Numbered from the stretch's first letter, positions 50,824 to 62,665 are shown. The stretch: DNA of 64,000 bases from Somniosus microcephalus (GCA_052327205.1 CM126203.1:54932001-54996000); one strand, 5' to 3'. Numbers and translations: made by a program. The notes: generated from the sequence alone by a model not told the origin.

Positions 50824-51221
50824 CTAAGGATCAATTTTATCATAGCCAATCAACCTAACCCGCACATCTTTGGACTGTGGGAGGAAACCGGAGCACCCGG
50901 AGGAAACCCACGCAAACACGGGGAGAATGTGCAAACTCCACACAGACAGTCACCCGAGGCCGGATTCGAACCTGGGTCCCTGCTGCTGTGAGGCAACAGT
51001 GCTAACCACTATGCCACCGAGTTTTGGAAAATTATTACCAATGCATCCACAATCCCTACCGCCACTTCCCTCAAGGCCCTAGGATGGGAAGGGAGCTGCT
51101 AGGAGCCACATTTTCCCAGAAACCCCCACCCCAAATGCATCCAACAGCTGTTGACAACTCCTTTAACCGTTATACCGCCCACTAAGCCCTACCTGAAATA
51201 AAAGTAGAAAAAGACAGAGAG

Positions 51222-53695
51222 AGAACATAAGAACATAAGAACATAAGAAATAGGAGCAGGAGTAGGCCAATCGGCCCCTCGAGCCTGCTCCACCATTCAA
51301 TAAGATCATGGCTGATCTGATCCTAACCTCAAATCTTCTATCACTCTGCATCCACCCGAACCCATGTGATCTCCCGGGAGAGGCGAAAAACCAGATAAAG
51401 ACCCAATGGCCAATTTGGGAGAAAAAAATCTGGGAAATTCCTCTCCGACCCATCTAGGCGATCGAAATTCTTCCAGGAGATCACTCTGTCCCTATATTTT
51501 CTACAGTACTTACCTTCTGTAAAGGCGATCTCCACCCCAGCCAGGAACAGGAATAAAACCATCTCCTGAAATCTAACAGAATTAGAACACAGTAGGAGCA
51601 GAACAAGGCTACACGGCCCCTGGGCCCGCTCCACTACCCACAGGGCCATGACCATTCCGAACCCAGACTCATGTCCAATTTCCTGCCCGCTCCCCGTAAC
51701 CCTTTATTCCCTTTACTTCTAGGAAACTATCTATTTCTGTTTTAAATTTATTTAATGATGTAGCTTCCACAGCTTTCTGGGGCAGCAAATTCCACAAACC
51801 TACCACCCTCTGAGTGAAGAAGTTTCTCCTCATCTCAGTTTTGAATGAGCAGCCCCTTATTTTAAGATTATGCCCCCTAGTTCTAGTTTCACCCATCATT
51901 GGGAACATCCTCACCGCATCCACCCGATCAAGCCCCTTCACAATCTTATATGTTTCAATAAGATCGCCTCTCATTCTTCTGAACTCCAATGAGTAGAGTC
52001 CCAATCTACTCAACCTCTCCTCATATGACCACCCCCTCATCCCCGGGATTAACCGAGTGAACCTTCTTTGTACTGACTCGAGAGCAAGTATGTCTTTTCT
52101 TAAGTATGGACACCAAAACTGTATGCAGTATTCCAGGTGCGGCCTCACCAATACCTTGTACAACTGCAGCAATACCTCCCTGTTTTTATATTCCAACCCC
52201 CTAGCAATAAAAGCCAACATTCCATTGGCCTTCTTAATCACTTGCTGCACCTGCATACTAACTTTTTGAGTTTCGTGCACCAGGACCCCCAGATCCCTTT
52301 GTACTACAGTACTTTCCAGTTTCTTGCCATTAAGATAATAACTTGCTCTATGATTTTTCCTGCCAAAGTGCATAACCTCACACTTTCCAGTATTGTATTC
52401 CATCTGCCAAATCTCTGCCCACTTACTTAGCCTGTCTATGTCCCTTTGCAGGTTTTTTATGTCCTCCTCACTCACTACTTTCCCTCCCATCTTTGTATCA
52501 TCTGCAAACTTTGATATGTTACACTCGGTCCCCTCCTCCAAATCGTTAATATAGATTGTAAAGAGTTGGGGACCCAGCACTGACCCCTGCGGAACACCAC
52601 TAGTTACTGGTTGCCAATCTGAGAACGAACCATTTATCCCAACTCTCTGCTTTCTGTTAGAGAGCCAATCCTCCACCCACGCCAGAATATTACCCCCAAT
52701 CCCGTGATTTTTTATCTTGAGCAATAATCTTTTGTGTGGCACCTTGTCAAATGCCTTTTGGAAGTCTAAATACACTACGTCCACTGGTTCCCCTTTATCC
52801 ACCCTGTATGTTACTTCCTCAAAAAACTCAAGCAAATTTGTTAAACATGACTTCCCCTTCATGAAACCATGCTGAGTTTGCCCTATTAAATTATGTTTAT
52901 CCAAATGTCCCGTTACTGTCTCCTTAATAATGGACTCTAACATTTTACCAACCACAGATGTTAGGCTAACAGGTCTATAGTTTCCAGCCTTCTGCCTACT
53001 ACCCTTTTTAAATAAGGGTGTTACATTAGCAGTTTTCCAATCTGCTGGGACCTTTGCTGAGTCCAGTGAGTTTTGGAAAATTATTACCAATGCATCCACA
53101 ATCCCTACCGCTACTTCCCTCAAGACCCTGGGATGCAAGCCATCAGGTCCAGGGGATTTATCCGCCTTGAGTCCCATTATTTTACCAAGTACCACTTCCT
53201 TAGTGATTTTAATCGTATTTAGTTCCTCCCCCCCTAGAGCCCCCTGTTTGTCCAGTGTTGGGATATTCTTAGTGTCCTCTACTGTAAAGACTGATACAAA
53301 ATAATTGTTCAGTGTTTTTGCCATCTCCATGTTTCCCACCATTAATTTCCCGGTCTCATCCTCTAAGGGACCAACATTTACTTTAGCCACCCTTTTTCTT
53401 TTTATATAACTATAGAAACTTTTACTGTCTGTTTTTATATTTTTTGCTAATTTACTTTCATAATCTATCTTCCCTTTCTTAATCAATCTTTTTGTTATTT
53501 TTTGCTGTCTTTTAAAGACTTCCCAATCTTCCATCCTCCCACTAGATTTGGCTACCTTATATGCCCTTGTTTTTAGTCGGATACTATCCTTAATTACTTT
53601 ACTTAGCCACGGATGGCTATCTTTTCTTTTACACCCTTTTTTCCTCAGTGGAATATATTTTTTTTGGAAGTTGTAAAATAACTCCTTAAATGTAG
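51222..53695 (-). mobile_element. Young 5'-truncated CR1 with an extended, structured 3' UTR
   Basis: Uninterrupted ORF2, ~445-bp 3' UTR and (TTCTTATG)n tail. Confidence 0.95.
51669..53690 (-). CDS. CR1 ORF2 linker plus reverse transcriptase (open, lacks EN through 5' truncation)
   Basis: ~670 codons with PWL, KSPGPDG, NYRPVSLTS, YLDFQKAFD and FADD. Confidence 0.85.
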   Translation of the reverse strand, partial: FKELFYNFQKKYIPLRKKGCKRKDSHPWLSKVIKDSIRLKTRAYKVAKSSGRMEDWEVFKRQQKITKRLIKKGKIDYESKLAKNIKTDSKSFYSYIKRKRVAKVNVGPLEDETGKLMVGNMEMAKTLNNYFVSVFTVEDTKNIPTLDKQGALGGEELNTIKITKEVVLGKIMGLKADKSPGPDGLHPRVLREVAVGIVDALVIIFQNSLDSAKVPADWKTANVTPLFKKGSRQKAGNYRPVSLTSVVGKMLESIIKETVTGHLDKHNLIGQTQHGFMKGKSCLTNLLEFFEEVTYRVDKGEPVDVVYLDFQKAFDKVPHKRLLLKIKNHGIGGNILAWVEDWLSNRKQRVGINGSFSDWQPVTSGVPQGSVLGPQLFTIYINDLEEGTECNISKFADDTKMGGKVVSEEDIKNLQRDIDRLSKWAEIWQMEYNTGKCEVMHFGRKNHRASYYLNGKKLESTVVQRDLGVLVHETQKVSMQVQQVIKKANGMLAFIARGLEYKNREVLLQLYKVLVRPHLEYCIQFWCPYLRKDILALESVQRRFTRLIPGMRGWSYEERLSRLGLYSLEFRRMRGDLIETYKIVKGLDRVDAVRMFPMMGETRTRGHNLKIRGCSFKTEMRRNFFTQRVVGLWNLLPQKAVEATSLNKFKTEIDSFLEVKGIKGYGERAGNWT

Positions 53696-54653
53696 TTAAT
53701 GTAAGAGAAGGAAAAAGAAAAGTTAAGTGGAGAAAAGCAACAGAGAACAGGAGAGACAAGAGAGAATCAGCAACACAAAGACATCAGGTAAGAGTGGCCA
53801 TATTCTCTCATTTACTGTGCATATGACACAAAAGGTCAACTATTATTTTAAAATGTTTATATTCCAGATGGAGGGAGTGAATTGCGAAGTGGAGTAACAT
53901 AGGTAAAAGGATGATAAAGTTGCCAGTAACATGGGACACAAAAGTATACGGCATCCCAAGAATGCTGCCGCAGTTTTCTAAGTTTACTTCTAGCAATGGA
54001 TTACAGAGAAACACTCACAAGCACAGCAGTTCAGGCACCCAGTGTCAGTGTTAAGCACCCTCATATAGCACAAGTTAGATGCAGAGTATAATTCCCTTTT
54101 TCAGCCCCAACACTTTGGCCGGAATTTTCTTGGGTCCGTGCGGGTGCGATTGGAGGCGGTTCGGCAGGGAAATTTGAAAAACCTTGGAGCGAGTCAGGAA
54201 CCCGCCATCATCCAGCCCCCACGCGCCTTTCCCTTGGGCATGTTTGCCTTGCGCAATGAACAAAAGGCAGCCGAGGTAACTTAGATCATTGAGGTACTTG
54301 TCAGACCCTTAAACCTCGTTTGAATCCTACCTTTCCAATATCCCTGGATGAGCATGGTAATCATGCAGCTCGGGAACCACATCTGTGAACCTGAGGCGGA
54401 AGGTGAGTAGCCAGTGATTCACATCATTAGTGCACAGCATGAAAATACAATAAAAACTCCCACCGGACAGCTGGTCACTTTCCTAAAGCAGATGCTGTTG
54501 CTGAGCGCATTGTCAGCACAGATTTAGCTTTCTAAAGGTTGCAAGTCTTTTCAGTAAAGTTGGGTTCCACTGTCACCTCATTAGTACCACCTATCACACC
54601 ATTGACAAATTGCTTCTGTCATCTCTACTCAACCTGCCATCTATTACATCAGC

Positions 54654-55860
54654 ATGGGTGCCATTTATACGGTCTCACTTGGTCCTCAGAATTGGACCAT
54701 GGTGAGCCCCAACACCAGCAGCACGAGGCACACCAGCAGCACCAACAACACCACTAACCTTCTCAACCAACTAATACTGCACAGGAAAGAGGGCATCAGC
54801 GCAGGGCTGCACCGCGCCGGAGGCGATACCCCCAACATAGGGTATACAGGCAGAGGATGAGATTCCTCAACATGAGGCTCAGGCTATTCAACCAGGTCAT
54901 CACAGACATTTGCACATTGCTGGAGCAAGACCTGCAACCTGGAGGAACGGGTGGATACGCCTTACCAGTGCTGTCAAAGTCACCAGCGCCCTCAACTTCT
55001 TCACCTCAGGCTCCTTCCAGGGATCTGCAGCAGACATTTGTAGCATCTCGCAGTTGGCTGCCCACAAATGCATCACACAGGTCACCGATGCCCTCTTTGA
55101 CAAGTCAGCCAATTATATCAACTTTGCCACTAATGAAGCCATTGTTAGTGAGCGGGCATTGGCCTTTGCCACTCTGGCTGGCTTCCCACGGGTGCAGGGC
55201 GTCATCGACTGCACACATGTGGCCATCAGGACACCAATCATCACCCAGGAGTCTTTGTCAACCGCAAGGGCTTCCACTCCCTCAATGTGCAGCTTGTCTG
55301 CAACCACAGTAAGATCATCATACATGCGTGCTCCAAATTCCCTGGCAGCTACCATGACATTTTCATCATTCGCCAGTCCACCCTCCCTCAGCTCTTCGCT
55401 CTTCTAAACAGACTTGCTTGCTGTCTGCTTGGAGACAAGGGCTATCCACTGAAGACATGGCTCCTGATACTCTTGAGGAGGCCAAGTACTAAGGCACAGG
55501 AGTGATATAATGAAAGCTACATTTCCAACAGATGTGTCATAGAGCAGACAATAGGCATGTTGATAATGCGCTTCAGATGCCTTGACAGATCTGGAGGAGC
55601 CCTTCAGTACGCACCAGCCAGGGTCTCCAGAATCATCATGGTCTGCTGTGCCCTGCACAACATAGCGCAGCAGCAAGGATTAGCACTGCATGAGGAGCAA
55701 GGCTCTGAGCGCACAGCCTCGTCAGAGGAGGAGGAGGAGCATCAGCTGAAAGACGAGGAGGAGGAGCAGGAGGAACCTGCGGACCAGATCCCAACCAGCA
55801 CCCGAGCACATTGCTGCCCGGGAGGCCAGGGATGGCCTCATTATGGCCAGACTTACTTAA
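54654..55860 (+). pseudogene. HARBI1-like DDE transposase, frameshifted
   Basis: [62 protein letters not shown]...CCALHN; acidic tail. Confidence 0.92.
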
Positions 55861-56177
55861 CTTCAGGCATTACACGCATATAGCTGCCACATGCTGCGCC
55901 AGGTTCCCACCACCCCACAGCAACACCATAAAGCATCCCTACCATGACCAAGCCATACCTTTCACACTGACCCCCATGGCTGGAGGCAACGTTATATCTC
56001 ACCATTCACTCCAACTCACTAAGCCACTTCCAAAGTTGCACACAAATTTAGCCATGACTGGAAAGTGACATCACAGTAACGGAAACTTTACAAAAACATT
56101 TATGAAAATACCCAAGTGGTTACCCTTGTGCATCTACTTGTGTTTCATCTTTCTCTTACACGTGCTTCTATGAGGTG

Positions 56178-56829
56178 CTACCCCTGTGGCTTCAGCAGAG
56201 GTAAAGGCAGCCTGCTCACGTCCCTGCTGCTACTGCGTAGACACTTTTGGCGGGTGTCCTCTCTGTGGGCTCTCTTTTCCTGCAAGGAGGGAAAGAAGAC
56301 AAGGTTGAGTGAGAGTGATGGAATGAGTGTGACTATGATGGGGTGGGGTGCTAATGCCAAGTGGCCTCCTTGTCTGTTGTTAGTTGGTATGATTGCATTA
56401 GGAAGAGGGTGAGTGTGAGGGGTAGTTAGTCAGATGGGGATGCAATAATATAGATAGAGAGAGAGGGATGGGTGGACTTGCAAGGTATGTTGGTGTGAGT
56501 AATGATGTGCAGGAGTAGGGTTGGGAAGGCAGAGTGATGGGGATGTGATGAGAGGCACAGCAGGATGAAGTTGAGTGTAGCTTTGCACTCACCTTTCCTG
56601 ATCTAAGATCATTGAAACATTTGCAGCACTGCACCCAGGTCCTCCTGACAACATCCCTGCTGTTGACCACCTCTGCTATTTGGAGCCAGGCTCCTTTGGT
56701 CTGCTGGGAAGGTCTCTTCCACCCATCAGAAGGGAAGAGGACCTCCCTGCATGCTCTCACTCCCTCCACAAGCTTATGGAAGGAGTCATCGGAGAACCTG
56801 GGTGCAGCTCTTTGTCTCTGTGCAGTCAT
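56178..56829 (-). CDS. Harbinger Myb/SANT (NAIF1-like) DNA-binding protein, two exons (56829-56593, 56279-56178), 112 aa
   Basis: RAAPRFSDD...LVEGV...LF...AWLQIAEVVN...RTWVQC.KCFNDL; donor AAG|GTGAGT, acceptor CCTTGCAG|GAAAAG; phase-0 join continues EKRAH. Confidence 0.75.
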
Positions 56830-57283
56830 GTTTGCCACTCCTTGCAACACTCCAATGGTACCGTGCGGTGCCTGCACAATCCTAGATGAACCTTCAAATG
56901 CAATGTGGCCATGGCTCCTTTAAATATCCTGGCTGAAAACACATCATCGATGACGTCATTAGACCCGCACCATTTAATAGGGCCGGGTAACGCGCAGGGC
57001 TGCCTTAATAGGTTCCATTAATGGAAAGTCGATCTCAGGAGCGGGATGGAATGAGGAATGGGGTCGTGATCCGCCATGGTGACTGCCCACACCCGACCCG
57101 CCCAGGTATAGAAAATTCCGGCCTATGTTTAGTCCCAACCTTAGAGAAGCACTGTACCTCCTGCTGCACCAGTGTGGCATTTTCCCACACCAGCTATTAT
57201 GTAGTATTTGTGTGTGCCAATTAAGGTCAAATGAGTACCAGTTTTGTCCTGTGAGCCCATCCCCACTAGGAACTGGGTTGATA

Positions 57284-57599
57284 TTCACAGAATCACAGAA
57301 ACCCCACAGTGCAGATAGAGGCCATTTCGGCCCATCGAGCCTGCACCGACACATATCCCACCCGATCCCCGTAACCCCACGTTTTTAATCCCCCTAACAT
57401 TAAGGGTCAATTTATCATAGCCAATCATCCTAACCCGCACATCTTTGGACTGTGGGAGGAAACCGGAGCACCCGGAGGAAACCCACGCAAACACGGGGAG
57501 AATGTGCAAACTCCACACAGACAGTCGCCCGAGGCCGGATTCGAACCCGGGTCCCTGGCGCTGTGAGGCAACAGTGCTAACCACTATGCCACCGTGCTG
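57284..57599 (-). mobile_element. HE1-like V-SINE, complete
   Basis: A box TGGCATAGTGG, B box GGTTCGAATCC, V-like body, CR1-like hairpin tail (TTCTGTGA)n. Confidence 0.9.
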
Positions 57600-57994
57600 C
57601 CCAAACTCATTTTACAATTTCTTTTTTCAGACCCTTTCACTCTCTTCCTATCCTGAATGAGCTAACACAGGATCCATAGCCACCAGCAGACCTCCAGCGC
57701 TTCACCAAAGTGGCCGTTCTTCAAGTGTGAGCTTAAATTGTGCCAGCAGTCTGTTTTAGTGTATATGTATCACAGTAGAGTCCAGCCCTGTGCTCACCAA
57801 CGTTTACACACATGCAATTTCCAGCAAGGGTAATTAGATGGTAATCAGAAGTGAAATTTGTGATTAATTTCTTTTTTTTTTAATCAAGGAACTCAAAAAC
57901 CAATGGGAGTGTTCTCATCACTAACCTGGCTGAGATCAGTTAAAAAGCACGGTGCAGGGATTGAACCTGGGATATTCCTATTCTTTATGACCTA

Positions 57995-58918
57995 GTTTGC
58001 GGATGATACAAAACTTGGCAATGTATTAAATAGTGAGCAGGATAGTAGCATAGATTAAATTGCATCTGCCATATGTCTGCCCATTTCACCATTGCCTGGG
58101 CAAAACGCAGAATGGGCAGACACATAGCAGATGCAATTTAATGCGGATAGGTATGAAGTGATGCACTTTGGGAAAAACAACATAGAGAAACAGTATAATC
58201 TAAATGGTACTATTTTAAGTGGGTGCAAGAGCAGAGGGACATGGGGATGCATATTCACAAATCCTTGAAGGTGGCAGGACAAGTTGATAAGGTAGTTAAG
58301 AAAGTGTATGGGATAATTGGCTTTGTAAATAGGGGCATTGAATACAAAAACAAGGAAGTCATGCTAAACCTTTACAAATCATTGGTTAGGCCTCAGCTGG
58401 AATATAGTATACAATTCTGGGCACTACACTTTAGGAAGGATATCAAGGCCTTGGAAAGGGTACAGAGGAAGTATACCAGGATGATGGACTTAGGTTATGT
58501 ACATAGATTGGAGAAGCTGGGGTTGTTTTCCTTAGAGCATAGAAGGTTAAGGGGAGACCTAATAGAGGTATTCAAAATTATGATGGGTTTTGATAGAGCA
58601 AGTAGGGGAAGCTGTTTCCTCTGGCAAGTGGGTTGGTAACCAGAGTTCATAGATTTAAAATAATTGGCAAAAGAACCAGAGGGGAAATGAGGGGAAATTT
58701 CTTCACACAGAGGGTTGTTATGATCTGAAAGGGTGGTGGAATCAGATTCCATAGGAACTTTTGAAAAGCAATTGGACATCTATTTGAAGAGAACTAATTT
58801 GCAGGGTTATGGAGAAAAAGCTGGGGTGTGGGACTAAAATGGACAGCTTTTTCAAAGAGCCGGCACAGGCACAATGGGCTGAATGGCCCCCTTCTGTGCT
58901 GTAAGATTCTATGATTCT
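57995..58918 (+). mobile_element. CR1 3' fragment
   Basis: FADDTK, LYKSLVRPQLEY; tail ATTCTATGATTCTA. Confidence 0.88.
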
Positions 58919-58994
58919 AGTACCACACTTGGAGGTGCATTTACCTGTGGAGCCATTTGAAGCGTTCTATTGTCCATTGTTACTACTTTAGCAA

Positions 58995-59386
58995 TTGCAC
59001 TAGCATTATGGTTGTTACTGGACCAGTAATCCAGAGGCTTGGGCTAATAATCTGGAGAACGTGAGTTCAAATCCTACCATGGCAGTTTGAGAATTTGAAT
59101 TCAGCTAAAAAAAATCTGGGAATAAAAAGCTGGTATCAGTAATAGTGACCGTGAAGCTGTCATAACAACCCAACCTGCATTACTGTCCTTTAGGGAAGGA
59201 AATCTGCCGTCCTTACCCGGTCTGGCCCATACGTTATTCCAGTCCACACCAATACGGTTGACTCTTAACTGGCCTCTGTAGTGGCCTAGCAAGCCACTAG
59301 AGGCCACACTAAGGGTAACTAGAGATGGGCAATAGATGCCAGCATTGCCAGCGACGCCCATATCCTGAGAATTAATTAATTAAAAA
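58995..59386 (+). mobile_element. tRNA-derived SINE sharing head and tail with the LINE at 2413-5525
   Basis: A box ~59001-59011, B box 59065-59074; body matches 2440-2655; tail GGGCAATAGATGCCAGCATTGCCAGCGACGCCCA matches 5468-5501. Confidence 0.85.
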
Positions 59387-59659
59387 TTTGCACTTTTATA
59401 CTACTGTTCGGGTATTACCATGTTTATCTTTCAAAATCAACAGTAAGAGTGAAACATTAGCGGAGAACTCTCCATTACCATTAACACATTGAATGAGATT
59501 ATTGGTTATTGGTTGGCATTCCATCACACTTTTGGGCACTTTGAAACTAACCTCAATTAGGCTCCATTTTCCCCAACTGGGCTTGAACAAAAAGCATTCA
59601 GCCATTCAAAGTTTTCATTTCCCTGCATTTTCCAGAACTGCAATCACACTCACGTAATG

Positions 59660-60740
59660 ATAAAAGAAATGCACAGTTGGTGGACTTCATAGCCAAGAGG
59701 GGTTTGGTGAGGGCAAGGGAAAAGATGGGGGGGAAAACCTATGGAATAAAAGTGGGGTGGGGACAAGTTGAAAGAGCAAAGAAACATGGGATTAGAATCA
59801 AGTGGATAGGAGGGGGCAGTGGTGTAGACGGCCTGTTTTACAAGAGTTCATCCATAATTTTCTCACATTCAGAACATAAGGCGAGACAGGATGGATAGAG
59901 AGAATGGAGAGTGGGGGGTTGGGTGAAGTCGTGGTAAATAATTGAAAAGAAGAGCTTGGAATTGCTTCTGTTCTCTGATATTATTTTAAAGTAGGAGGAA
60001 GATTTAGGCAGGGAGAGAGTACAATGTTAAATCTCCAGGTGTTCCAGCCAGATCTGGCAATGAAGTGCCAGACTGGTCACATGCCAGGTAGATTAGAGCT
60101 CATGGCCTGTGGATTTGAAGCCACAAAGGTAACTGTTGTACCATGGTAAGCAGTGGGTGTCAGAGACTGTACTAGCTCTAATGGGGATGGTGTCATTGAA
60201 GGTGGAGGTGAGGCAGTTAGGGCAGAGGTATCAATATCTTCACAGGTACTGGGCCAGAGAAGGTAAATGTTGGGATTTAAGAGAGTGCTAGTAAGGGAGT
60301 TTAGGTATAATTGTTTTCCAGGACAGAAAGTGAAAATGAAGTGGGTTTGGGCTTTCAGGGGAATATGCAAAAGGAGGGAAGATAAGAAAGTGCTCTGAAA
60401 GAGCTCTAGCAGATGGAAATCTCAGAAGAATGAGGCCCCATTATGCTCACCAGGTTGAGGAAGTGGCTGTGCATGTGGGGGAATAAATGTGAATGGTGAG
60501 GTTAAGGAATGCAAGGAGGATTTTATAGCAGAGTTGGGCAAGGCAGTAAAGCATGAGATGTTAAAAAGTAAAGAGCTGAAAGTGTAAGTGGGAAAAGCCA
60601 AGGTGGGATTTGGGGATGATAATTATATCACCACAGTTAGGGCAGGTAATGTGATGACACATGGGGGCAACCTCAATGAGGAGAAAAGAATCGCCAAGTC
60701 TCTGTAAGGCTGAGAATGATGAGGTGCTGCTCCACAATGA
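59660..60740 (-). mobile_element. Very old L2-like LINE fragment
   Basis: Purine-rich plus strand typical of antisense L2; decayed PWH and ELMSS/LPG-like segments. Weak support. Confidence 0.4.
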
Positions 60741-62332
60741 ACAATGAGGGCCTAATTAGTGACAGCAGGCATTTTAAAGGGCTACATAAAGATAAAGGGT
60801 CGATTTAGTGTTTTTTCTCTTAGCTGTACTTTTTGAAGTTTTTCTTATAAATTTCACAGTGCTGCCATTTTTCCCTTTCTATACAGAAGCTTTTTTCCAC
60901 TCCTTTTCCTTTATTTACCTTTTCTTTTGCTGCCTGAACCTTTCCCTGCTCATGCACAAGGGCTGATTTTTTTCCCCCAAACATTAGATTAACAGAGTCT
61001 GAAGTTGAACCTAAATTCCAGATGGCTTACGGTCACTGAAATACTGTACTACATAGCTGAATGTTCTTCACTGTTATGTAATTACTCTGTGCAGCACTGA
61101 AGTACACAAATTGGAGCCAGGCAGCCAATTCTGGTTCCACCTGAAATTTCCATTGGTTCCACCAGCCAAACAGCAGATTGATTATTTGGCCCTGTCAATA
61201 GTATGTGATCCCTTGATGCTAAACTAGAAACTGAAGTCAGTCGGCCGCCTCCTGTTGAGTTCCCTTGCAACAAGCTCCTTTCGCGCGAGTTGAACAAGTA
61301 ATAGCAGAGCATTATGACTGCAACTGACTCATTCCATGGAGTTGCCAGACATCTGTCAAAGTTTAGCTCCAATCAAAAAGGTGAAATATATACCTATCAG
61401 CTACCTGTTCGCTGCCATATTTAGCTGAAAGGTAGACATGACTAAATATCACACTGGTAACGCAGTTAGGAGTTCATTATAACATTGAACCCATTTGTTA
61501 GGTAAATTTTGTACCTTGACACATTTTCTGTTCATACCTTGGATATAAATAAAAAATGGTAATGTTAAAAATTGTTCCAAAAGTATAATAAATATCTTGA
61601 ACAAAAAGTGATTGACGTTTCAGTAATCTCTTTAGGATGAGCTTAATGGAGCCTAATTTTTTTTCCAGTCCTGTATATTTCTATGTTCCTAATCTTTATC
61701 AGCTGAATTGATTTTTTTAAACATCATGAGTGACATGACGCCACCAGTAAATCATGCCTCACAAGCATCTTGTAACGTAATGAATAATGCAGTTCACAAG
61801 AGACTACTGATAGGAATTAACTTGGGAGTCAACAGTAAATGTGATTGCTTGTGAAGTGGTTGCACAATTCATGTTGGAGCAAGTGCCAGAAGAGTCTCAG
61901 GTGTGCTTTTATCCACCGCAGTCTCAGAAACCAGTTAGATCATCAAAAACCGTCAATTACAAATTTCTGTCTGGGAGCCCTTTTGTATGAAAACAGCTGA
62001 AAGCAGCACTGTAGAAGGAGGTTGAAGGTGAATGTTGCAGCCTGGTTTACCTGCACTAATCATTTCAATTCAGTCTGTGTGTGTTTATATTTCTTCTGTG
62101 TATGTTTTATGTCCTAGAATTCACTAAATGTTGATCTGTTAGCAACTCATGGCTAGATCTTTACTTTTTAAAAGATCAGTTTTATATATTTTTTTTAAGT
62201 ACTGTTCCCCATGCTATAAATTATTCCTTGGTTGAGAAGGTGGCTGAGTAACTTGTTCCCAGACCTCAGTCAATGCTGTTCAATAACCAGTTGCTAGATG
62301 TACAATACATCTATCTTTGGTGACTCACAATC

Positions 62333-62665
62333 TTAGATAGAGTAAATAAAGAGAAACTGTTTCCAATGGCTGAGAAGGCACAGATTTAAGGTGATTGACA
62401 AAAGAACCAGAGACAACACGAGGAAAAACGTTTTTACGCAATGAGTGGTTAGGAGTTGGAATGCACTGCCCGATAGGGTGGTGGATACACACAGATACAA
62501 TAGTAGCTTTCAAAAGGGAATTGGAGAAGTACATTAAGGAGAAAAAAAAATGCAGTGATATGGGGAAAGAGCGGGAGAGTGGGCCTAACTGGATTGCTCA
62601 TCAAAAGAGCTGACGCAGTCTCAATGGGCCAAATGATCTCCTTCTGTGCTGTACTATTCTATGAT
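62333..62665 (+). mobile_element. CR1 3' end
   Basis: Similar to 33480-33820. Confidence 0.8.

Larger units (their letters stand above)
45777..51018 (-). mobile_element. HE1-like V-SINE (45777-45932 plus 50829-51018) split by Gypsy C
   Basis: tRNA head GGTGGCATAGTGG...GGTTCGAATCC, V-domain-like GGGTTTCCTCCGGGTGCTCCGGTTTCCTCCCAC, CR1-like tail; intact sister copy at 57284-57599. Confidence 0.88.
44175..51086 (-). mobile_element. 5'-truncated CR1 (44175-45776 plus 51019-51086) interrupted by a SINE and Gypsy C
   Basis: ORFs 44405-45136 and 45037-45657; closely similar to the CR1 at 51222-53695; GAGTTTT duplicated at 45770-45776 and 51019-51025. Confidence 0.92.
54117..57123. mobile_element. 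PIF/Harbinger DNA transposon, near-complete two-gene structure
   Basis: Perfect 14-bp TIR GGCCGGAATTTTCT / AGAAAATTCCGGCC; convergent transposase (+) and Myb/SANT (-) genes. Confidence 0.93.

Noticed and set aside
57520-57599. tRNA-like sequence with A and B boxes
   Set aside because: SINE head continuing into the SINE body; no complete cloverleaf. The same applies to 2420-2500, 50950-51018 and 59001-59074.
61082-61372. 96-aa minus ORF
   Set aside because: Non-ATG start, no recognisable homology and no clear flanking splice sites.
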